NCBI GenBank assembly: GCA_965223295.1
Contig: CBDCWC010000002.1
Location: forward strand, 1-64,000
Reading direction: 5' to 3'
DNA length: 64,000 nucleotides
Source: Nitrospirales bacterium
GTDB taxonomy: Bacteria > Nitrospirota > Nitrospiria > Nitrospirales > UBA8639
Part shown: piece after piece, positions 9,622 through 19,025 of the stretch
Layout of the letters: each line of letters starts with the position of its first letter
How positions within the stretch are numbered: position 1 is the stretch's first letter
The notes under the pieces: model-generated
The model's database searches: none
What the model was told of the DNA's origin: nothing
The model's input: only the letters and a program-made list of their open reading frames with translations
Position numbers and translations under genes: made by a program

Positions 9622-10641
9622 TTAGTCCCAGTCTGCAAGCACAACCTTTCCAATCGAGCGGCCTTGTTCGATCATGGCATGGGCTTTGCGGAGATTTTTG
9701 GCATTGATAGGACGAATCACTTTATTGACGGTGGTTACGAGCTTCCTGTTGTCCACCAGATCTGCAATGGTGTTTAACAACCGGTGTTGTTCAATTATGT
9801 CGGCCGTTTGGTACATTGAGCGGGTAAACATAAACTCCCAGACAAAAGATGCGCTTTTACTTTTTAGAGGTCCAAGGTCGACGGGTCTCTTTGTTTCGAC
9901 AATGGAACACATACGGCCTTGGGGGGCGATGAGGTCAACCATAGCTGGCCAATGCTGATCGGTATTGTTGAGGCAAAAAATATAGTCAACTGCCGTAATT
10001 CCTAAGGCAGCCAGTTCCTCAACCATGACATGACGATGATTAATCACGTAATTGGCGCCAAGCTTCTGACACCAGGTACGTGACTCGTCCCGTGAGGCGG
10101 TTGCCACCACATGCAATTTCGCCACTTTGCTTGCCAATTGAATGGCGATAGATCCTACACCTCCAGCACCACCAAGGATGAGGATGGTCTTTCCCGCATC
10201 GTCCCGGTGGCGTGAGATGCTCAGGCGATCAAACAATCCTTCCCAGGCGGTGATGGACGTTAAGGGGAGTGCGGCTGCTTCGACATAGGTGAGCGATGTG
10301 GGTTTCTTAGCCACAATGCGCTCATCTACCAGCTGGTACTCGCTATTGCTGCCAGGGCGGGTGATGTCACCGGCATAGAACACCTGATCGCCAATCGCAA
10401 AGTGTTCGACTGTTTCTCCTACTCCCACGACCTCACCGGCGGCATCCCACCCTAAGATATGGGGAATGGTTTCGATATTGCTTTTTGGTGCGCGCACTTT
10501 GCAATCAACGGGATTCACGGCGATGGCTTGGACGTGAATAAGAAGATCTTTTCCAGTCGGCTTCGGTCGTTCAATCTGGAGATCTATCAATGACTGTTCG
10601 TTCTCTATAGGTAAGTACTGGTAGAGACCGACGGCCTTCAT
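9622..10641 (-). CDS. Zinc-binding alcohol dehydrogenase / quinone oxidoreductase family
   Basis: AVNPVDCK, LGWDAAG, GGAGGVGS, WEFMFTRS. Confidence 0.92.
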   Translation of the reverse strand: MKAVGLYQYLPIENEQSLIDLQIERPKPTGKDLLIHVQAIAVNPVDCKVRAPKSNIETIPHILGWDAAGEVVGVGETVEHFAIGDQVFYAGDITRPGSNSEYQLVDERIVAKKPTSLTYVEAAALPLTSITAWEGLFDRLSISRHRDDAGKTILILGGAGGVGSIAIQLASKVAKLHVVATASRDESRTWCQKLGANYVINHRHVMVEELAALGITAVDYIFCLNNTDQHWPAMVDLIAPQGRMCSIVETKRPVDLGPLKSKSASFVWEFMFTRSMYQTADIIEQHRLLNTIADLVDNRKLVTTVNKVIRPINAKNLRKAHAMIEQGRSIGKVVLADWD

Positions 10642-10694
10642 GGTGTGCCTCCTCCACAATGAATGTGCATGATCAATATGGCGGTTTTCTTTGC

Positions 10695-10855
10695 GGGTTT
10701 GTTAAAAAAGCCGCCGTCCACTCCGCCGGAGCAACTCAATAGGCCACGAAGACCGAGAGCGGCGTGCTCGCTAATTGTTGGTGTTTGCATACTGCTAGGA
10801 CACTCCGCACGGAAAAATGGTGAGTCCGTCGCTGAACGGATCCTTCAACAGACTC
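10695..10855. mobile_element. Degenerate module-A-type MITE
   Basis: gggtttgttaaaaaa ... ttcaacagactc; left interior resembles 47527-47600. Confidence 0.55.
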
Positions 10856-11102
10856 AGGGGATGCTTTTTGGCATTGACCCTTTCACTATCCTTCCTTACC
10901 TGACAATCTTGGCAAGGTCATCACTTCTCAATTCCTCTGTTTTTCTCGACTCATGTCCAGAAAGTAAACCAAGGTTCTTTTAGAAAAACTTCTACAAGAG
11001 ACTTGGGCGTAAGTGCAACGTCATACCCAAGACTTTGTCCGTCATCGCGTGATGTTTTTGCTATTTCACAAGGAAGGGTTTTGAGCTAGAGAAATAGGAA
11101 CT

Positions 11103-11231
11103 TTGCGACTGCATGGTTGGTTCTATTCCATTAGGACCGGCAAAGTCTGGGCGTATGACGCTGAGAAAAAAGACTTTGCGAATCCCGAGAAGCCTAAAAG
11201 AAAAATACCAAAGAACCGTTCAAGGTCTTAA
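11103..11231 (+). pseudogene. Orphan 3' fragment of beta-carbonic anhydrase
   Basis: Translates LRLHGWFYSIRTGKVWAYDAEKKDFANP, matching IRLHGWVYSIGTGEVWAYDSEKNDFVNP of 6245-6880. Confidence 0.85.
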
Positions 11232-11332
11232 GTTGTCGGCTATCACGGGATAGCATTAGTTGATGAACCCAGTCTTTTTTCATGTTCATTCCGAACGTGG
11301 CGATTCCCCGCCGCTTGCAGCGGGAGGCGTGA

Positions 11333-11890
11333 TTAAGAGCATCCACACGTCGTGGAACAGGGATCTTTTTTCTGATACTCGACGACATTGCCATAGGTAT
11401 CCGTATCGATCGTACAACATTGGATCAATAATGACTGTAACTGTTGTCGTCCGCGTTGCACTCGAGATTTGGCCCCTGAACTCGAGATGCCAAGTTGTTT
11501 GGATAACTCAACTTGGCTCATGCCATGTAACTCCGTGAACTCCAAGGCGGAACGATATTTCTCCGGCAGTTGTGTGATTAAATCTTTCAAACAACTGCCA
11601 ATGGCTTCATTTTCATTGCTCGGCGCTTCTTGATTCGTATCAAGGATGGCGTCATCAAGTTCAACCGACCGATCTTTTTTTCGATAGAAATCGATAATGG
11701 TTCGACGGACAATTTGGAACAACCATGAAGTCAGTTTGGTCTGATCCTTGATCGTATGAATATTTTGCTGCGCCTTGTAGAGGACATCATGCAAAATGTC
11801 CTCAGCATCGTGCGGCTCGGTAATACGGGTTCGAATAAAGTGATACAGATGCTTGTAGAATGCCTCGGTCATAGGCAGATCGCTGTTCAT
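11333..11890 (-). CDS. sigZ: ECF sigma factor, SigZ-like
   Basis: DAEDILHDV, WLFQI, LPEKYR, GAKSRVQRGR, CC-containing C-terminus. Confidence 0.88.
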   Translation of the reverse strand: MNSDLPMTEAFYKHLYHFIRTRITEPHDAEDILHDVLYKAQQNIHTIKDQTKLTSWLFQIVRRTIIDFYRKKDRSVELDDAILDTNQEAPSNENEAIGSCLKDLITQLPEKYRSALEFTELHGMSQVELSKQLGISSSGAKSRVQRGRQQLQSLLIQCCTIDTDTYGNVVEYQKKDPCSTTCGCS

Positions 11891-12017
11891 CAGAAACTCC
11901 TTGTGTTCGTATTATATTACAATGTTAAGACTGCTCATTGCACACCTTGTTGATGAAAGATCGTCTCCGTCTACTCCTTTATCTAGAAAAACGAACAAGA
12001 TGCACATTGCTGAAAAT

Positions 12018-12827
12018 TTAGTGTGTCGTCGGCTTCACTGCCTCAATCGTGGCGGAAATAATATAATCCTCCATGCGACTTTCCTGGATCCTTTTGCGGA
12101 GGAATGACTGACTGTCATCCTTGGATTGAATGCGAATATGCTGAAATCCGACCCCTTGTAACATCGTTTCAAGGTGAGTGATAGACGAGGTCCCGCCAAT
12201 ACATCCGGTGTACAGCCTGAGATCTTGTTGGGTAGCCTGGGGCAGCTCCGCTGTCGCCACTACGTCAACAATGGCCAACCGGCCCCCGGGTTTGAGAACC
12301 CGGAAAGCTTCCCGAAACACCTGTGTCTTTTCTGGGGATAAATTAATGACACAATTGGAAAGAATCACGTCGATACTCTCATCAGCCACCGGCAAATGTT
12401 CAATTTCACCCAATCGAAACTCAACATTCGCATAATCGGCCTGTTCAGCATTCCTCCGAGCCTTACTCACCATCTCCGGAGTCATATCCACGCCGATGAC
12501 CTGCCCCGTTTTGCCCACGGCGTTGGCCGCTAGAAAACAATCAAACCCTCCGCCACTCCCTAAATCCAGTACCATCTCACCGACTTGGAGGGACGCTATG
12601 GCTTGTGGATTTCCGCATCCCAATCCCATATTGGCTCCATTTGGAATTTTAGAGACATCTTGGCGTGAGTACCCGAGGGCCAGGGACACCTCGTCAGCTG
12701 ATGGTGTCGTTGGGCTGTCTTTGCAGCACGAGGGGGCACAGCCACAGCCTGGGTTGCCTGCCTTGGCGATATGCCCATAGTTTTCTCGAACGTAGGTACG
12801 CAGATCATCAGATGTTAAATGTGCCAT
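12018..12827 (-). CDS. arsM: Arsenite S-adenosylmethyltransferase
   Basis: N-terminal CGC/SCC, GLGCGNP, LDLGSGGGFD, SNCVINL, GCIGG. Confidence 0.92.
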   Translation of the reverse strand: MAHLTSDDLRTYVRENYGHIAKAGNPGCGCAPSCCKDSPTTPSADEVSLALGYSRQDVSKIPNGANMGLGCGNPQAIASLQVGEMVLDLGSGGGFDCFLAANAVGKTGQVIGVDMTPEMVSKARRNAEQADYANVEFRLGEIEHLPVADESIDVILSNCVINLSPEKTQVFREAFRVLKPGGRLAIVDVVATAELPQATQQDLRLYTGCIGGTSSITHLETMLQGVGFQHIRIQSKDDSQSFLRKRIQESRMEDYIISATIEAVKPTTH

Positions 12828-12884
12828 CGTCTTTTCCTCCTGTAAAAAGTGACTAGAAACGCATGAGTAATGTTTATATTCTTA

Positions 12885-12912
12885 TAGACGAGGTAAGGAG
12901 AAAAAGGACGCA
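12885..12912 (-). promoter_or_regulatory. Putative ECF promoter for arsM-sigZ
   Basis: Minus strand TGCGTC-N16-CGTCTA; CGT -10 is typical of ECF promoters. Confidence 0.5.
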
Positions 12913-12916
12913 AAAG

Positions 12917-12964
12917 TATTAGGGGTCAGACTCGAATTAATTAATTCGAGTCTGACCCCTAATA
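12917..12964. repeat. Perfect 48-bp palindrome (REP-like)
   Basis: tattaggggtcagactcgaattaa|ttaattcgagtctgacccctaata. Confidence 0.9.
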
Positions 12965-13005
12965 AGTCGACAGAACTATCCTTCCAGAACAGAAAGACTT
13001 GTTTG

Positions 13006-13584
13006 CTAGTCTAGGCGTTTCAAAGTGTTTTGATCGGTGTGGTGGAAGACGTCAGATTGATTAGGTCTCTGCAGTTGGGTATCTTCTTTGTAACTAAACT
13101 TCCAAGGTTCGTGGATGGTGACAGATAGTTCGTAGCGCACGGTTTTCATTTGAGCATCTAGATAGGGATTGGAGAGAATGCCATACACGTCGGCCCCTGC
13201 CTCAGCCGTCATGCAAAACTCTTTGGCATCGGCTTCCGAAGTTCCTCCAGCATTGACCACAACTCCTCGAGGAACCATAAAACATCGCATTACTTGTTTC
13301 CATTCGGCATCCCACAGCCAATAGCCCACTTCTTCGTGAAATGGTTGTTCCTGAATTAAAGGCCATGCCACGGTCGCATAGCGCAAGCCGTATAGGATCT
13401 GGGAGCCATTGACGACTGGTCCGAGCGGTTCAAAGGTCAAGCGTTCACGAAAATGTGTTTCTTTAGATCCATCTTGCGCGGGGGCGATGTCCACGCCTTC
13501 GTTCCCTTCCCAAATGCCGACTAATGCACCAAGCGGGCCAAGGTGGGCGATCATTTCGGAATCAGCTGATGGTCTATCTGTCAT
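13006..13584 (-). CDS. Nitrobindin/THAP4-like heme-binding beta-barrel
   Basis: LGPLGALVGIWEG, FHEEVGYW, FHHTDQNTL; start at MTDR with AGGAG RBS. Confidence 0.82.
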   Translation of the reverse strand: MTDRPSADSEMIAHLGPLGALVGIWEGNEGVDIAPAQDGSKETHFRERLTFEPLGPVVNGSQILYGLRYATVAWPLIQEQPFHEEVGYWLWDAEWKQVMRCFMVPRGVVVNAGGTSEADAKEFCMTAEAGADVYGILSNPYLDAQMKTVRYELSVTIHEPWKFSYKEDTQLQRPNQSDVFHHTDQNTLKRLD

Positions 13585-13700
13585 GCTAAAACTCCTTTGT
13601 TTTGTGATGTGCGAATAGAGAGTAATTTCAAAGTAACACAGCAAAATGTTTCCGCAATCGTATCAAAAGCATAGCTGTTTCCCAAGTTTTTCAATATTGA

Positions 13701-14396
13701 CTATGACAGCCAGATGCGGAGGGACTGCATCCATCGTACACCGTGAAGCGCCAAGCCGGCTAGCTTCGGCACGCTGAGTTGTATCGGTTTGGATTTGAGA
13801 CACCTGAGAACATAGCCCGCGGCTCGTTCAGGCGTCATCATCATGGGTTTCCATGAGGCTTTCGGGAGCTTGGTATCTACATAGCCAAAACGAATATTGG
13901 TGACATGGATTCCTTTAGACTTGAGTTTCAAGGCCATAGAGATCAGATAATTACTGAATCCAGCCTTAGAAGCTGTATAGGAAGGTGCATTTCCATTGTA
14001 GAAATCATCCGCCAAACTGGAGAGACCAATAAAATGCCCCGATCCCTGTTCCAACCATGTTGGAAGAAGTGCCGCAAAGGTATGAACCATGGCCGTGAAG
14101 TTGACCTCAATGACATGAGCTTCCTGGGACAGGTCAGGAAGCTTGAGTCCGGAACCAATGGCCGCACAGAAAATACAACTGTCAAAAGGGCCCTCTTCTC
14201 GAAGGATGCGGCGTAACGTTTCAGGATACTCTGGGGAAGAAATATCCTGCACGATGTGTTTGGGTCCCTCTGGTCCCAGAGGGCTCGCGCTACGAGAAAT
14301 CCCAAGAACCTGATCGCCTTGAGCAATTAAAGCCCGTGTAACCGCCGCCCCAATCCCATCAGAATTTCCAATTAATAGTACGTTGTTTGTTATCAC
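13701..14396 (-). CDS. Short-chain dehydrogenase/reductase
   Basis: GNSDGIG, YTASK, GYVDT. Confidence 0.88.
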   Translation of the reverse strand: MITNNVLLIGNSDGIGAAVTRALIAQGDQVLGISRSASPLGPEGPKHIVQDISSPEYPETLRRILREEGPFDSCIFCAAIGSGLKLPDLSQEAHVIEVNFTAMVHTFAALLPTWLEQGSGHFIGLSSLADDFYNGNAPSYTASKAGFSNYLISMALKLKSKGIHVTNIRFGYVDTKLPKASWKPMMMTPERAAGYVLRCLKSKPIQLSVPKLAGLALHGVRWMQSLRIWLS

Positions 14397-14432
14397 AGTT
14401 GGTAATAAAGTGAAATCGAAAAATAGCCTCCT

Positions 14433-14472
14433 TATTCCTCCCCTTTGTAAGGGGAGGCTAGGTGAGGTAGAG
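14433..14472 (+). repeat. REP-like repeat family D, copy 1
   Basis: cctcccctttgtaaggggagg hairpin + ctaggtgaggtagag; recurs at 36333, 36427 and 51138. Confidence 0.8.
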
Positions 14473-14679
14473 ATTTAGCCATATACTCAAGCCATCACCT
14501 CCTATATGTACAAGAGTTTGCAACAGTGTTGTCTCGGGGGCCTACGCCAAGCCTTGAATAATCAAAACAAGAAAACCGATACTTCTAGCATGATACCTAT
14601 GTCAAATATAGCCCTTTTCAATATTTGGTTTCCACGTGAAATTGGACATCTTAAGCAATCACTTCTTGAGTGGTCTGCC

Positions 14680-14883
14680 ATGATCGGCAGTATCGGAATA
14701 TTGTATCTTATTTCTCTTGTATGCCTATGGAAGCTATGGCGAAAGCCGGTGCCGATTTGGAGACGAGTGTTTTGGTCATGCGTTCTGTTAATCCCGTTGT
14801 TTGGACCGATCTTTTATGGAGGGTGGTTTCGGTGGCCGTCGGTACAACCAGAAGATCAACGAGCTCGGGAACGGTACTATTAA
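14680..14883 (+). CDS. Small two-TM membrane protein (PLDc_N-like)
   Basis: RRVFWSCVLLIPLFGPIFY resembles the W....IP..G...Y pattern. Confidence 0.55.
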   Translation: MIGSIGILYLISLVCLWKLWRKPVPIWRRVFWSCVLLIPLFGPIFYGGWFRWPSVQPEDQRARERYY

Positions 14884-14906
14884 AGAAACCGCAAGGAAAT
14901 GCTGAC

Positions 14907-15371
14907 ATGGATACCCATGTAGAATACCGACAGTATGCCTTAGTCCTCTTGATCTTGACCGGGCTTTTTGCTTTCCGAGTCATCGCGCAGCTCGTTCAGT
15001 ATATCTCTCCTGTAGATTTTCTTCCTCCTTACGAGATTTGGCATAGCGGAGCATTGCCCTATGGATGGTTGGTAGCAATGCGAGGGGTAATGCTAGTTCT
15101 TTGTCTGCGTATTGTTTGGGCTGTCAAACAAGGAGCGATCTGTCCTTCGACACGAAAAGGGAACATTCTCCTTTGTTTAGGAATCGTGTATCTGTTCACC
15201 ATGTTTGTGCGGTTGATTGTTGGGGTTGCCTTTCTCCCAGACCACTATTGGTTTGGCGCAATCGTACCCACGATATTTCATTTGGTACTAGCGTCTTTTG
15301 TGATCGTGTATGGCCGATTCCATGCCACCATGTCTCAATTAACATTGTCTGTTTCACAGAGGCAGCTCTGA
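14907..15371 (+). CDS. Hypothetical four-TM membrane protein
   Basis: Four hydrophobic segments, WHSGALPY loop; stop overlaps next ATG. Confidence 0.7.
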   Translation: MDTHVEYRQYALVLLILTGLFAFRVIAQLVQYISPVDFLPPYEIWHSGALPYGWLVAMRGVMLVLCLRIVWAVKQGAICPSTRKGNILLCLGIVYLFTMFVRLIVGVAFLPDHYWFGAIVPTIFHLVLASFVIVYGRFHATMSQLTLSVSQRQL

Positions 15372-16249
15372 TGACACATCTCGTGCGGTATGGGGCTTAT
15401 CCTTTTGTGTTGCTTGCTGGTATCGCCCTGCATTACTTGCTTTTGGCCAATCATGCCAGTATTCAGGTTGCAACGTACGTTCCTGTCATGATCGGAGCGG
15501 TGATGGTTGCGGTACTGGAAAGAGTCTATCCTTATCGACGGCAATGGTGGGCTGATAGACAGGACTGGATGCACGATGTTGTGTTCATGACAGTGGTTCA
15601 AGGGGTCTTTCCAAAAATTCTTGCTGTAGCCGTGATGTTTGCGTTGGCACAGATTTTTGGAGGACAGGGGCTCATTCTAGAAGGGCGATGGCCGAGTCAT
15701 TGGCCTGTCTACCTGCAAATGCTGCTCATGATGCTGCTTGCGGATGGGTTGAGGTATTGGTTACATCGTTGGGCTCATGTATGGGAGCCACTCTGGCGAT
15801 TTCATGCGGTGCACCATTCTCCGCATAGATTGTATTGGCTGAATGTGGGGCGTTTTCATCCCATCGATAAAGGGTTGCAACTCCTTCTTGATACGCTCCC
15901 ATTTTTGATGTTAGGAGTACAGCCAGAGGTGCTGGCGTTGTATGTCGTGTGTTATGCCATCAATGGCTTTTTCCAGCATAGCAATGTTGATGTGCGTTTG
16001 GGCTTCCTGAATTATCTGATCAGTGGCCCGGAATTGCATCGTTGGCATCATTCGATGGTGAAAGAAGAATCAAATCATAATTATGGAAATAATTTGATCA
16101 TTTGGGATTGGGTGTTTGGGACCTGGTATTTACCAGCCACAGGTGAGGTTCAAGAATTGGGGCTGGTCAATCGAGCGTACCCTTCGACTTTTCTTGAGCA
16201 GATGACGATTCCATTTACGCCGGGAGCAGACAAACGGACGATAGCATGA
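15371..16249 (+). CDS. Sterol desaturase / fatty-acid hydroxylase family
   Basis: His boxes HRWAH, HAVHH, QHSN, HRWHH; true start MTHLVR at TGATG overlap. Confidence 0.92.
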   Translation: MTHLVRYGAYPFVLLAGIALHYLLLANHASIQVATYVPVMIGAVMVAVLERVYPYRRQWWADRQDWMHDVVFMTVVQGVFPKILAVAVMFALAQIFGGQGLILEGRWPSHWPVYLQMLLMMLLADGLRYWLHRWAHVWEPLWRFHAVHHSPHRLYWLNVGRFHPIDKGLQLLLDTLPFLMLGVQPEVLALYVVCYAINGFFQHSNVDVRLGFLNYLISGPELHRWHHSMVKEESNHNYGNNLIIWDWVFGTWYLPATGEVQELGLVNRAYPSTFLEQMTIPFTPGADKRTIA

Positions 16250-17889
16250 TGAGTTTCTCTAATTTTGGTCAAAAGGCTCGGGTCTATACTCATATGATGG
16301 CGGTGAAGCAGCGACGGTGGAAACCCTTCATCAAACAAACGCACAATCCTCAAGCTGTACAGCAAGCTCTGCTCAAACGGATCCTAGCGACGCAGGCTCG
16401 TACCGTATTTGGGGAAAAACATCAGTTTGCCCGCTTGCACAGCTATGATGAATTTCGATTAGGCGTACCTATTCAGACGTATGAAGATCTGCGTCCGTAT
16501 CTTCAAGCCCAGGAAGAGACGAAGGAGTTTCAGCTTAACGATGAACATCCGGTCAGTTATGCGTTGACGAGTGGGACGACGGGAAAGCCGAAAATCATTC
16601 CGATGCTTCCACGCATGAATCACATGCTTCGGCATTATCAATGCTTAAGTACCTATGCCCAATTTCAAGGTATTCCACAAATTTTTCAAGGAAAGATGTT
16701 GTGTATTACGGGGCAAGAGGTTGAAGGGTATTTAGAGTCAGGCACAGCCTATGGTTCGATGTCGGGACTTTTGGCTGGAGCCTTGCCGGCTGTGCTGCGT
16801 ACTCAACACGTTCTGCCTGAAGCCATTCATGGCATTACTGAGTACCAGCAAAAGTATCTGTACCTCGCAGCATGGGCCTTATCTGAACCAAATCTTTCGG
16901 TGGTGGCGACGGCTAACCCCTCCACATTTCTTAAATTATTAGAGATCGGGCGTCAGCAATTTTCTCAACTCATCGAAAAAATGGAGTTACGTCGGAGCAA
17001 TGTTTCTGAAGATATAGCCCTGTTTCCTCGTGTCACCAAGAAGCGGTTGCAGCATCTACAATCGTTTGTTGGCCATGAGGATCAATTAACCGTGGAAGCG
17101 CTGTGGCCCAACTTGCAGGCAGTGGTGACGTGGACGGGAGGAAGTTGTGGCGTGCTCCTTCCTGCGCTCCGAACCAAGCTTCCCGAACAAACGGCAATTG
17201 TTGAAATGGGGTATCTCTCCAGTGAATTTCTGGGAAGCGTGAATGTAGATGTTCGCATGAACCAATGTGTTCCGACGTTTTATGGAAACTTCTTTGAATT
17301 CGTGGAACAAGAAGATTGGGATGCTGGACGACCCACCACCATGACCCTAGAGCAAGTCGAAACCGGCAAACGGTATTACGTCATTGTGACTACAATGAAC
17401 GGGCTCTATAGATATTTCATGAACGATCTGATTGAGGTTACTGGCCGGTTTCATGACACGCCGACTATTCGATTTGTTCAAAAAGGGAAAGGGGTGACGA
17501 ATCTTACTGGAGAAAAATTATATGAGTTTCATGTGATGAATGCTGTCCAAGCTATTCAAAAAGTGTATCAGACAAGCTTTGATTTTTATGTCATGCTAGC
17601 CGATCCGCTGAAGCTGCAATATACGCTGTATCTGGAACATCGACCGTTAGATTTTTTTGTAGGCCATAAGCTGGAGGAACAGATAGGAGAAGTCAATCTG
17701 GAGTTTAAAAATAAACGTGCAAGCGGACGGTTGCAGCCGCTTCGCGTGGCTTATCTACAAGAAGGTACTGCAGAAGCCTATAAAACCCATTGTCTGGAAT
17801 TGGGCCAACGAGATGCTCAATACAAAGTCTTGAGACTGCAATATGCCAAGGACTGCTCATTCGATTTTGATCGTTATGTGAGAGGATGA
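16246..17889 (+). CDS. GH3-family acyl-acid amido synthetase (ANL adenylating enzyme)
   Basis: TSGTTGKPK, GYLSSE, GLYRYFMND, TGEKL. Confidence 0.88.
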   Translation: MMSFSNFGQKARVYTHMMAVKQRRWKPFIKQTHNPQAVQQALLKRILATQARTVFGEKHQFARLHSYDEFRLGVPIQTYEDLRPYLQAQEETKEFQLNDEHPVSYALTSGTTGKPKIIPMLPRMNHMLRHYQCLSTYAQFQGIPQIFQGKMLCITGQEVEGYLESGTAYGSMSGLLAGALPAVLRTQHVLPEAIHGITEYQQKYLYLAAWALSEPNLSVVATANPSTFLKLLEIGRQQFSQLIEKMELRRSNVSEDIALFPRVTKKRLQHLQSFVGHEDQLTVEALWPNLQAVVTWTGGSCGVLLPALRTKLPEQTAIVEMGYLSSEFLGSVNVDVRMNQCVPTFYGNFFEFVEQEDWDAGRPTTMTLEQVETGKRYYVIVTTMNGLYRYFMNDLIEVTGRFHDTPTIRFVQKGKGVTNLTGEKLYEFHVMNAVQAIQKVYQTSFDFYVMLADPLKLQYTLYLEHRPLDFFVGHKLEEQIGEVNLEFKNKRASGRLQPLRVAYLQEGTAEAYKTHCLELGQRDAQYKVLRLQYAKDCSFDFDRYVRG

Positions 17890-17893
17890 ACTG

Positions 17894-18994
17894 ATGTCTC
17901 CCTCGACTCTACGGATCAGCACCTTAGACATTCCATTTAAGCAGGTCTTTGCGCATGCGACTGCTACACGAACATGTACCGAGAGTATCCTCGTTACAGC
18001 AACATTGTCGAATGGAGTTATTGGTGCAGGGGAGGGGTGTCCCAGACAATATGTCACAGGAGAGACGATTCAGAGTGCCCAGGAATTTTTCAAATTCTAT
18101 CAGAAGGATTGGGAGCAATTTCGAGGCTTACAGGATCTTCAGGCCTGGATGATAGCTCAACAAGATCGTATTGATGAAAACCCCGCTGCCTGGTGCGCCG
18201 TCGAACTAGCCCTGTTGGATCTCTGGGGAAAGGAAAGGGGACAATCGCTTGAAGCACTTCTGGGCCTTCCAGAATTATCTGGGCAGTTTCAGTACTCTGC
18301 GGTATTGGGAACCGAAAATATTTCCAGCTTTAAGAAGCAAGCTCAGCAATTTGCGGCACTTGGCTTTTCTGATTTTAAAGTCAAGGTCACGGGAAATCTT
18401 GATCAAGATTCCCGGAACATTCAATTTCTCAAAAACCTTTCAATCAACAACCTCCGCATTCGTTTGGATGCCAACAATTTATGGAAAACTGCACCCGAAG
18501 CGGTGTCCTACCTCAAAAGTCTCGACTATCTGTTCTTTGCTATCGAAGAGCCTCTCATCGCTGGGAACTATGATGGGTGCCAGCAGATCAGCCAAGAGCT
18601 TGGACTGCCTATTATTCTAGATGAAAGTTTTTTGCGGACTGCCCAGTTCGCTTCTCTACAAGCAGATCCCAAAGCCTGGATTCTAAATATTCGAATTTCC
18701 AAAATGGGTGGAATCTTACGATCCTTGAAAATTACCAAAGAAGCCAAAGCCAGAGATATTCCTATCATAGTTGGCGCGCAAGTCGGGGAGACAAGTCTTC
18801 TCACTCGAGTTGCACTTACCCTCGCGAACTCCTATCGCGACATTCTTTTGGCACAAGAAGGTGCATTCGGAACTTATCTGCTGAAATATGACATCAGCGA
18901 CCCCCCGATCATGTTTAGAAAAGGGGGAAGACTGGATGTTCAAGGCTTTAGCCGGCAGGCGGGATTAGGAATAACTCTCGCAGAAGTTTCATAG
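17894..18994 (+). CDS. Mandelate racemase/muconate-lactonising (enolase superfamily) enzyme
   Basis: GEGCPRQYVTGET, KVK, RLDAN, EEP, LDES. Confidence 0.88.
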   Translation: MSPSTLRISTLDIPFKQVFAHATATRTCTESILVTATLSNGVIGAGEGCPRQYVTGETIQSAQEFFKFYQKDWEQFRGLQDLQAWMIAQQDRIDENPAAWCAVELALLDLWGKERGQSLEALLGLPELSGQFQYSAVLGTENISSFKKQAQQFAALGFSDFKVKVTGNLDQDSRNIQFLKNLSINNLRIRLDANNLWKTAPEAVSYLKSLDYLFFAIEEPLIAGNYDGCQQISQELGLPIILDESFLRTAQFASLQADPKAWILNIRISKMGGILRSLKITKEAKARDIPIIVGAQVGETSLLTRVALTLANSYRDILLAQEGAFGTYLLKYDISDPPIMFRKGGRLDVQGFSRQAGLGITLAEVS

Positions 18995-19025
18995 ATTTGA
19001 TATTTACGTTTTTAAGGTTATCTGT

